Shown here: piece by piece, positions 28,052-35,428 of the stretch
How the letters are laid out: each line of letters begins with the position of its first letter
Numbering within the stretch: the stretch's first letter is position 1
Source of the DNA: a virus
Taxonomy: Duplodnaviria; Caudoviricetes
IMG/VR virus record: IMGVR_UViG_3300048890_000033
Location: 1-45,150 of that record
Length of the DNA: 45,150 nt
Reading direction: 5' to 3' (one strand)
Translations under genes and position numbers: made by a program
The notes under the pieces: model-generated
The model's database searches: none
What the model saw: only the letters and a program-made list of their open reading frames with translations
What the model was told of the DNA's origin: nothing

Positions 28052-29409
28052 CAGCGCACGTCTGCTAGATAGCCGAGCGTCAGGCGCCGCACCGGGTCTG
28101 TGATGACCAAACGCATCTGCCGGCTGTAGAAATCGCCCAGCGGCCCCCAGGTCGGTCGCACCGTGTATTCCCCGATGCCGCCCAGACTGCGCCACATTTC
28201 ATTAGACCATGTTCGGCCACCATCATCCGAATAGGCCAGCATCGCCTGCGGATCGGAGCCTTGACCCGTGGTCAAGCCGACGCCTGCCTCACAAATCAGC
28301 TCGAACGAATACATATTCATCCTGCGCCCGTCGCCGGATTCGATGGTTGGCAGTTCGATCTCCAGCGAAATCGTATCACCATCCTCATCATAGACATCGA
28401 GCGAGGCGGTATAGAGGTCTCCGGTCGTGTTGCTGCCAAAGACCGTGGCGTCATAGCAGCGAGCAGCTACTCCAACACGCCAATTGGCCATGTCGAGCGA
28501 TTTCCGGTCGTGCCAAAGTTGCGTCGACATATCATAAACGAACGTGCCGACATCGGTGCAGAGGCAATAATTCTTGTGCCCTTCCTGCGTATATTCGAAC
28601 GCCCAGAAGTCGGCCGCATTGCGGATCTGATATTCCAGCGCGTGGGTTGAAATGCGCATCGGCGTATAGCCATCCAGCCTGTAAACAATCCGGTCATCAC
28701 CCACGAAATGCACGCTGTTATCGATCTGGACGATGCTGTCGCGCGAAAAACAGCCACGTTCAATGAAGGCATTGCCCTGGCGCTCGAATGGAAAGTCCGA
28801 AGCGCCCGAGTTGTACCAGATCTCAATGCTTTTCTGGCCGTAGAACTGCACTTCCCGGTGGTCGACGATCAGCCCGACCAAATCGTCGGGCGAACCTTCC
28901 ACCGTGGCGATGTCGAGCGGATCATAGGTCAACGCGTCCCGGAGCGCGGAAATGACGAAGGTGTCATCCCCCGCCACGGTCCAGAGCATGTAGCCGTCCA
29001 TATATTCCACGTCTGAAACAGCGGGAAGAGTGGCCGGCGTGGTGACAGCGCCAGCGGACAGGACGTGCCCAACGGTGCCGCCGACAATGCAGAGCTCGTC
29101 ACCATTGTCGGCCATACGGACGCGCCCTGCGCCAGCGATAGCGCCAAGATCAGTCGCCACGCCTGCGCTCGATACCGAGTAAAGACGCGCACCGCCAACC
29201 GCATAGAGTGTGTCGCCCATGCGATGAACGCCGCGCACCGGGAGTGTAGGCAGGGCGCAGAACGGCACCAGCCCCGGAATGAGCATCACGGCGAACATGT
29301 CCCGCTGGTCGCCATTGCCCTGTTCGGCAAAGCAGTTGACCAGTTTCGACCCGCTCCATGGCTTGGACCGGCCCTCGGTAGATTGTAGTGCGGGCTTGAG
29401 GCGCTGCAT
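28051..29409 (-). CDS. P22 gp10-like tail hub / packaged-DNA stabilisation protein
   Basis: 'MADNG', 'ATVEGSPD', 'SDDGGRTWS..WRSLG.IGEY..R..W..LG'. Confidence 0.85.
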   Translation of the reverse strand: MQRLKPALQSTEGRSKPWSGSKLVNCFAEQGNGDQRDMFAVMLIPGLVPFCALPTLPVRGVHRMGDTLYAVGGARLYSVSSAGVATDLGAIAGAGRVRMADNGDELCIVGGTVGHVLSAGAVTTPATLPAVSDVEYMDGYMLWTVAGDDTFVISALRDALTYDPLDIATVEGSPDDLVGLIVDHREVQFYGQKSIEIWYNSGASDFPFERQGNAFIERGCFSRDSIVQIDNSVHFVGDDRIVYRLDGYTPMRISTHALEYQIRNAADFWAFEYTQEGHKNYCLCTDVGTFVYDMSTQLWHDRKSLDMANWRVGVAARCYDATVFGSNTTGDLYTASLDVYDEDGDTISLEIELPTIESGDGRRMNMYSFELICEAGVGLTTGQGSDPQAMLAYSDDGGRTWSNEMWRSLGGIGEYTVRPTWGPLGDFYSRQMRLVITDPVRRLTLGYLADVR

Positions 29410-30113
29410 TACCCGCGCGTGTCCATCTGCATGTAAATGCTGGCAGGCTCTTCATCCCAGCCAGAAAGGTCAGCATAGAGCGCCTGCGCGGTCGAGATGA
29501 CCAAGCCAGAGAGATTGCTGTCGTTGACCGGATATTCCGGCATCAGCCAAACAGCGGTGCCATAGACCAGCGCCCCCAGCCATTCCTGCGGGAAGTCCGG
29601 ATCATCCGATGATGTGTCGAAATCGGCCAGGCGGCGCAGATAGGTGACTTGGAGTGTCTGCGCGGCTGCCGTGGCTGTGGAAGCCGTTGGCCAGATCGAG
29701 AGCGTGCCAAGAGCCCGCTGCGGGTCATAATAGAAGCTGACCGGGATCGACGCGACGGTCTTGTTCGGAATGTCCTCATATTCCTGCCGGCTCAACTCCT
29801 GTAAAGGCGTGTCAAGCGATCCGGTTGTGATGCGGCGGCGGATAGAAAGGACGCGCATCGGCTTGCTGCCGAACAGGGTGGCCAGCGCATATTCCGCCTG
29901 CGAGGCGACCAGCGTTACTGAGGCGGCAGTCTTCATCCACAGATGCGGCTTGGCCTGCCATGTCTTGACGAGCAGGTTGAGCGCAATCCGGCCGTCCTGA
30001 TACTGCTTGGCCGAAAGTGATTTACCCTCGCTGACCTTGCCAAGCTTGCCGAACGCCTGCGCGATGATCTCGTTGGCGGTCAGGGTGAAATCATAGGAGC
30101 CGGAAATCGCCAC
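29409..30113 (-). CDS. Head-tail adaptor
   Basis: 'ALNLL...W', 'LSRQEY..IPNK', 'IWP', 'DFPQEW..ALVYG.A'. Confidence 0.7.
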   Translation of the reverse strand: MAISGSYDFTLTANEIIAQAFGKLGKVSEGKSLSAKQYQDGRIALNLLVKTWQAKPHLWMKTAASVTLVASQAEYALATLFGSKPMRVLSIRRRITTGSLDTPLQELSRQEYEDIPNKTVASIPVSFYYDPQRALGTLSIWPTASTATAAAQTLQVTYLRRLADFDTSSDDPDFPQEWLGALVYGTAVWLMPEYPVNDSNLSGLVISTAQALYADLSGWDEEPASIYMQMDTRG

Positions 30114-30122
30114 AATATGCTC

Positions 30123-30347
30123 CTAGAGATCGCTGGGCTGAACTTCGTTCGTGGTCAGGAAATAGTCGGCAGGCTCGGGGCGAGCGTTGGGAACGGCAAT
30201 GCGTTCGGCCCGGCCGCGCACAAAGTCCTGTGGATTGCGCTTATCGACGAATCTCCAATGCACCATGGCCCCGTCCCACTGCCGGACAAGCTCAGAGAGC
30301 GGGTATTTGAAGCCGGTCGCGTCGCAAATACCGACAGGGCGGTCCAT
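30123..30347 (-). CDS. Small conserved virion-region protein
   Basis: 'CD.TGFKY..S.L..QWDG..V...RNPQDFVRG'. Confidence 0.7.
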   Translation of the reverse strand: MDRPVGICDATGFKYPLSELVRQWDGAMVHWRFVDKRNPQDFVRGRAERIAVPNARPEPADYFLTTNEVQPSDL

Positions 30348-30589
30348 CAGTAGAGCGCCAGCATCGTGGTTGCAGTCGTGTTGGTGAAAAGAACCTTATC
30401 CACCTGCCAGGGGTGCTCACCAACCGCTGCCGCCGTGTATGTCGCCAGATCGCCGTTAGCCATCCGCACCGCGACATTGCCCGTCACGCCAACATAGACG
30501 GCACGCGTCGTCGGGATAACCGTGCTGTCGCTGGGCGTGATGGCGGCAGCACCATAGGCGGAGGCTACATCTGTTGAACGCCCGCTCAT
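30347..30589 (-). CDS. Head spike base protein (RcGTA Rcc01079/GhsA-like)
   Basis: 'AAITPSDS....TRAVYVG..G.VAVRM..G...T......G..P..V.KV....TTAT...ALY'. Confidence 0.75.
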   Translation of the reverse strand: MSGRSTDVASAYGAAAITPSDSTVIPTTRAVYVGVTGNVAVRMANGDLATYTAAAVGEHPWQVDKVLFTNTTATTMLALY

Positions 30590-30807
30590 TTCGCCCTGCC
30601 CTTACCTTTGGCCTTCACGACTTCCGGCGCATGGGCTGGGGCAGGCGCCTCAGGCTCCAGCAGCGGGAACCCACCGTGGATCTGAATATGCGCCTGCCAG
30701 CCAAATGCCTCGGCAAGGCTGGGCGTGGTCTTTTCGGCCATCACGCCCTCTGCGGTGAGGATGGTGACCTTGTAGCCACCATCCGTTTCCCTGACCCGCG
30801 TAATCAT
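30586..30807 (-). CDS. Hypothetical protein
   Basis: Coupled ORF with basic tail. Confidence 0.6.
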   Translation of the reverse strand: MITRVRETDGGYKVTILTAEGVMAEKTTPSLAEAFGWQAHIQIHGGFPLLEPEAPAPAHAPEVVKAKGKGRAK

Positions 30808-31781
30808 CAGACGGCAGCCGGATTGATCAGCCCGGACTTGTCGGCCGCGCCGGTAATCATCGAATAGTTGTTCTGGAACCCGAGTTTGGTGCCAGTCGGG
30901 GCCAACAGGCCGGCCGAGTTGTCGAGGTGCCAGCTATAATTGTCGAACACATAGCCCGTGGAGGCCGTGGAGCCGCCACTGAACAGCGAGCCGCCCGTGG
31001 TTGACGTGCTGGGCCGGAACACCTTGTTGCGCCCGATGATGAGGTTCGTATGGCTGTTGGCGCCGAAGTCCACCAGCGTCGCGGTGTCGTTCAGGACCGG
31101 ATAGACCACAAAGTTGTCGACATAGGTCTGCCGATCGTTCGCAGCCGCCATGATGCACGCCTGGCTGGCTGCGGTTGTGGCGAGGCCAAGCACCTTGTTG
31201 TTCGAAAAGACAAAGCCGTCCATCGAATTTGCTGTGGCGTTGCCGGTCACTGCCTTGATGAAATTCAGGATGCTCGAACCGTCGCGGAACTCGCAACTAT
31301 CGACCGTGAAGTCTGTCGGCGTCGCGGTGCCGGTCGCGGTGTAGGCCGATACAACGTCCGCGAAATTCGCCTTGTGCAGGATATTGGTGACCGTGACATT
31401 GGCCGCCGTGATCGGGATATTCGCAGCTGCCGCGCCGAAGGTCAGCGTCGGACGGTTGGAGCCAGTGCCAAGGCCGACAATCGCGACGCCAGCCACATTG
31501 AGCGCCAGCTGAGCAGCGGTCGTGATCGTCTCGGCATGGCCGGGCTTGACGAAGATAATGTCCCCCCGATTGGCCGCGCACTGAGCAATAGCGCCCGCAA
31601 TCGTCGAGAATGGGCTGTTGAACGTGCCCTTGTTGCCGTTGGAGCCGCCGCGCTGTCCGGGCAGGAGTGCCGTGCCGTTATAGACCCAGAATACCTGGCC
31701 GGGATTGGACTGGACGATGGGGACGCCTCGGATGGTAACGCCATTGAGGAATCCATTGGGGAAATCGGAACGAATAGCCAT
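30807..31781 (-). CDS. Beta-helix-like structural protein (capsid-associated)
   Basis: 'GSNGNKGT...PFSTI..AI......RGDII.V.PGH.E'; follows the capsid gene. Confidence 0.65.
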   Translation of the reverse strand: MAIRSDFPNGFLNGVTIRGVPIVQSNPGQVFWVYNGTALLPGQRGGSNGNKGTFNSPFSTIAGAIAQCAANRGDIIFVKPGHAETITTAAQLALNVAGVAIVGLGTGSNRPTLTFGAAAANIPITAANVTVTNILHKANFADVVSAYTATGTATPTDFTVDSCEFRDGSSILNFIKAVTGNATANSMDGFVFSNNKVLGLATTAASQACIMAAANDRQTYVDNFVVYPVLNDTATLVDFGANSHTNLIIGRNKVFRPSTSTTGGSLFSGGSTASTGYVFDNYSWHLDNSAGLLAPTGTKLGFQNNYSMITGAADKSGLINPAAV

Positions 31782-31902
31782 TGCAGTTGCCCTTCTATGA
31801 ACCCGTTGCGGGTCCGGAGAAAACTCATAGTGAGCTGAGGCTGTCCGGCTTGAAGCGCGGACCTAACTGCAACCTGCCGCCTCGGGGCAATGGCATGGCG
31901 GG

Positions 31903-31931
31903 ACTGTATGCTATTCTTGGGCGCCACACAA
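31903..31931 (-). promoter_or_regulatory. Sigma70-like promoter just past the capsid terminator
   Basis: TTGTGT-17-TACAGT. Confidence 0.6.
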
Positions 31932-31960
31932 GAGAAAGGCCCCGGATTGCTCCGAGGCCT
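31930..31960 (-). terminator. Intrinsic terminator after the major capsid gene
   Basis: AGGCCTCGGA-GCAA-TCCGGGGCCT followed by TTCTCTT. Confidence 0.8.
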
Positions 31961-31996
31961 CAGTTTTAGGTGGTTGGCGGTTAGTGAAGTGTTACT

Positions 31997-32908
31997 TCAC
32001 GCTCCGCCTCCGTTGGTAAAGACGCCCCGGAAATCTGACCATCCGGTGCTGTAGCGCTCATAGCCCTTGTACTTGACGTTGTACGTGTCGAAGTCGCCGT
32101 CCTGCGCGAACTCCGCCTCGATGCGCTGGAACATCTTCATGCCGTCCGTTGCGTCGGTGCGGACATAGAAGGCATCCGTGTCGGTGAGGAACGGATTGAC
32201 CTTCGCGCCCTCGCTGAACACGCCCATCGCCTTCAATGCGTTGATGGCATTGTTAGCGGTGTCGTTCTGGCCAACCGACCGAAGGATGCGGGCAGCTTCG
32301 AACTGCAGCGCGGTCGGGATGATCAGGGACTTGGGCTGAAGCGCAATCTTGAGGCCACGGCTATCCACAGCATTGCTGATCTGGACAGCGATGTCTTCAA
32401 GGCTGGCTTCCGACAGGTCGGCCGCCACAGCAAGCGTGTTGCTCTGGTTGCCAGAGTCGGTCGGGTGCGACGCAGAGGCAAGGACCACGGCGTCGCCGCC
32501 GACATAGCCAGCCGTGTGAGCGCGGTTATAGACGTTGGCGGCAACGATTTCCTTGGTGATCCGGAACGAGCGGGCCAGTGCCTTGGTGCGGGCAGAACCG
32601 CGCTTCAGGTACAGGTTGTCGTCCATTTCCTCACGGGTGACGATGAAGCCCATGGCATAGGCGATGTGCGTATACCGCGAGGTAACGCGCTGGCCATGCG
32701 TATCATAGGCAATCGCGGCGCCCTGCTGCTTCACGGGAACCAGCCCGAAGCCAGAAAGCTCCTGGTCCTCTTCGTAGTTCATGTCCGACGAGAAGGTGTC
32801 GAACAGGTCCGTGTAATATTTGGGCGGATCCTTGTAGTTCATGCCCCAGATTTTGTTGAGGCCGGGCCAAAGGAGCTTCGGGTCGTTTGCGGTTGAAATT
32901 ACAGTCAT
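31997..32908 (-). CDS. Major capsid protein
   Basis: 'K.LWPGL', 'SS...YEE....SGFG..PVK..G.AI.YD', 'ERYS.GWSD.RG'; followed by a terminator. Confidence 0.88.
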   Translation of the reverse strand: MTVISTANDPKLLWPGLNKIWGMNYKDPPKYYTDLFDTFSSDMNYEEDQELSGFGLVPVKQQGAAIAYDTHGQRVTSRYTHIAYAMGFIVTREEMDDNLYLKRGSARTKALARSFRITKEIVAANVYNRAHTAGYVGGDAVVLASASHPTDSGNQSNTLAVAADLSEASLEDIAVQISNAVDSRGLKIALQPKSLIIPTALQFEAARILRSVGQNDTANNAINALKAMGVFSEGAKVNPFLTDTDAFYVRTDATDGMKMFQRIEAEFAQDGDFDTYNVKYKGYERYSTGWSDFRGVFTNGGGA

Positions 32909-32911
32909 GGC

Positions 32912-33511
32912 TTAGACCCCCGCGATCTGGTTGCTGTAGAGATGGCGATTGATGCGGACGATGAACCGGCTCGCATCAGCACCCGTGGAGACCGCCGAGC
33001 CCGGATCATTGTCAGCCCGATTGACCATGCCGATGATCTTGAGATCGAGGGTGTTGGTCGTCGCTTCGCCCACATTGTTGAGACACACGCCAGACTGACC
33101 CGTGACGGTCGAGCCAGCCGCAACAACAAAGTCGGCGTTCAGGCCGACATCATTGGCCGTCAGCGCAGTGCCGCCCGAAACCTGCTGAATTTCAAACTCA
33201 GCATCAGGATCGACGCAGACATAGACGATGCGCAGCGTGGACGCGGCCCGATAGATGAGGCTGTCCCGCGTAGCAGGCTCGACACCAACCACAACGCCAG
33301 TGATCACATCGCCAGTCGCCGCCTGGACGACATCGGAATAGACCTGGCCATTGACGAATTGCGACGTGCCGGCGCCCTTGACGGGATCGCCGATATAAAT
33401 GGCCGTGCCATCCCCTGCCGCGACGGAGAAAGCCTTGACAGCGCCGGTATAGACACCGCCGCTCAGCTTGTTGATCGGACGAAGCCCGAACGGAATATTT
33501 GCGTTTGCCAT
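32912..33511 (-). CDS. Capsid decoration/cement-like protein
   Basis: 'MAN...PFGLRP', 'IYIGDPV', 'DPDAEFEIQ'; precedes the capsid gene. Confidence 0.7.
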   Translation of the reverse strand: MANANIPFGLRPINKLSGGVYTGAVKAFSVAAGDGTAIYIGDPVKGAGTSQFVNGQVYSDVVQAATGDVITGVVVGVEPATRDSLIYRAASTLRIVYVCVDPDAEFEIQQVSGGTALTANDVGLNADFVVAAGSTVTGQSGVCLNNVGEATTNTLDLKIIGMVNRADNDPGSAVSTGADASRFIVRINRHLYSNQIAGV

Positions 33512-33558
33512 GAGGCACCTTTGCGTTCCAATCGACGCATCAGGTGCCTAAAGGTCCG

Positions 33559-34074
33559 TCAGCGCTCGATTTCGATGGAGTTGCGATGGCCTGCGGGGCG
33601 GTACATTTCACGCTCCGTAAGGCCGCCTTCGCGATCATGACCGTCCTTGATAGCTTGGTCAGTGATTGCGTTTTCCTGCTCCATCTCGTCGCGCCCTTGC
33701 TGATACAGCTCTGCCGGCGTTTCCATGAGGATGGTTTTCAGGGGTGCTCCACCGTCTTTGGTGCCTGCCAGACGGGTGATAACAGAACCGGGGTCGAATG
33801 ACTGCACGCCGTCCTGTTCGACAATGGTGTACCCTAGTTGCTGCATCTCTGCAATACGGTTGCCAGTATCGTTGACGAAGCGGCGATTATAACCTTCACG
33901 GGTTGGCGCCGAGAGCTTGGTGCCGAAGCCGCCGACACTTGTGCGGGCGCGCCTTTTCGATGGCGCGACTGCTTCCTTCAGGGCTGGCGATGCCGGTTCC
34001 ATGGCGGGGGTGGTGACGGCGGGCGCGGCATTAACGGGTGGGCGGCCACGGCGCCGAACAGGTGCATCGGTCAT
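33559..34074 (-). CDS. Conserved head-region protein
   Basis: 'L.AP..EGY..RFVND...RI......GY..V'. Confidence 0.65.
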   Translation of the reverse strand: MTDAPVRRRGRPPVNAAPAVTTPAMEPASPALKEAVAPSKRRARTSVGGFGTKLSAPTREGYNRRFVNDTGNRIAEMQQLGYTIVEQDGVQSFDPGSVITRLAGTKDGGAPLKTILMETPAELYQQGRDEMEQENAITDQAIKDGHDREGGLTEREMYRPAGHRNSIEIER

Positions 34075-34889
34075 GCGTTCAGATCCTTCGCATATTCATT
34101 GAGGTCTTTGTAAATGCCCATGCGGACCATCGATTCCCCGACCTGACGGGCGCGCTGGTCAAGGTCAGCGCCAGAACGCGGTGCCTTGCCGCGATTTGCC
34201 GTGACGCCGCCGACTGCGGAGCGGCGGGCTGGCGGTTCCTCAACCTCTTCCTTCTTGAGGCCGAACAGATCGGGGAACTTGTCGCCAAAGCGCGTCTTCA
34301 CCCGGTCCGCGACCTCTTCAAGATCACCGTCGTCCAGCATTCCCTTGCCGGTTTCTTCCATGATTTTGCGGCCCTGGAGATCGGCATATTGGGTCAGTGC
34401 GTCATTTTTGCCAAACCATGGATTATCGACCTGCCAAGCGAGGAATTTTTCTTCCCGATCGATGTCCGTCTTCGGCTCGGCCTTCTCGGTCTTCTTCTGG
34501 AGCTTGTCGCGCTGTTCTTCGAGCGCATCGAAAGCGGCCACATCGCCCACCTCTACAGCCTCGCGCTGCTTGGCGGCGATGTCCGTCATCGCCTTTTCAT
34601 AGCCGACGCGCTCATGCTCATCCATGGACTTGGCGTATTTGATGAACTTTTTGTCCATCTCAGCCAGGCGGGACATCAGTTTCTTGTTGTTCGCCTGAAG
34701 CAGTGGAACGACGCTCTCGGAACGCTCCACGAAGTCCTTGGCGCTGACATGCTTGGACGGGTCGCCCTTGAATTCCTCGGGCGGCTTCCAGCCGAATTGG
34801 CGGGCCTCGAACTCATAGTCCCGCGTCTCGGGCTGGCCTTCGCCAATCTCCTGCGCGCCATCCGTCTGGATTGCTTCCATGTCAGACAT
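34071..34889 (-). CDS. Scaffolding protein
   Basis: 'EAR..GWKP.EEFKGD', charged coiled coil, 'NPWF'. Confidence 0.75.
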   Translation of the reverse strand: MSDMEAIQTDGAQEIGEGQPETRDYEFEARQFGWKPPEEFKGDPSKHVSAKDFVERSESVVPLLQANNKKLMSRLAEMDKKFIKYAKSMDEHERVGYEKAMTDIAAKQREAVEVGDVAAFDALEEQRDKLQKKTEKAEPKTDIDREEKFLAWQVDNPWFGKNDALTQYADLQGRKIMEETGKGMLDDGDLEEVADRVKTRFGDKFPDLFGLKKEEVEEPPARRSAVGGVTANRGKAPRSGADLDQRARQVGESMVRMGIYKDLNEYAKDLNA

Positions 34890-35205
34890 TTTCACTCTCC
34901 ATCAGGGCCAGGATGTCCGTGTCGTTGCAGATCCTGTATTTCTTCCCATCCGAACCGGTGTGGACCTTCCCGGCGTACTGAGCGATAACAACGCTCTGAC
35001 CGGCGCCGGGCCTTGCAGCCGACCCGCCCCATTCCAGAAAAGCATTTGAACCAGCAGCAATGAGTGTCGCTTTCGTCGTGGCCCATTCCTCGCGCTCCAC
35101 CTTCTGGTCAGGGAGTAGAATGCCGCCAGCCGTCTGCTTCTCAGGCTCAAAGGGCAGCACAAGCACCCGCGTATCGAGCGGGGTAAATCCACTTTCATTC
35201 TTCAT
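34882..35205 (-). CDS. groES: GroES-like co-chaperonin
   Basis: 'PLDTRVLV.P...E.QTAGGILLP', 'YAG', 'ND.DILA'. Confidence 0.85.
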   Translation of the reverse strand: MKNESGFTPLDTRVLVLPFEPEKQTAGGILLPDQKVEREEWATTKATLIAAGSNAFLEWGGSAARPGAGQSVVIAQYAGKVHTGSDGKKYRICNDTDILALMESENV

Positions 35206-35428
35206 CGGCGACCTCGATTCCGTATTCTGCTGCGACATGATCAGACGACAGGCTCAGGAGTTGGCTCATCAGCACCGCTGAAGCCTGATGCTCCGGGGCC
35301 AGCGATACCCCCGTCGCCCATGCCCGGCTCAAATCCGCCACCCGTTTTGTCAGGTATTCCCGGAAGCCCAGTGTCCCCGGATGCTCCGCCCATCGCTGGA
35401 ATTGCTCCTTGTCCGTCAGGATGTTCAC
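35195..35428 (-). CDS. Small protein overlapping the portal C-terminus
   Basis: GGAGG SD plus GTG; 'FQRWAEHPGT..F..YL' helical pattern. Confidence 0.6.
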   Translation of the reverse strand: MNILTDKEQFQRWAEHPGTLGFREYLTKRVADLSRAWATGVSLAPEHQASAVLMSQLLSLSSDHVAAEYGIEVADEE

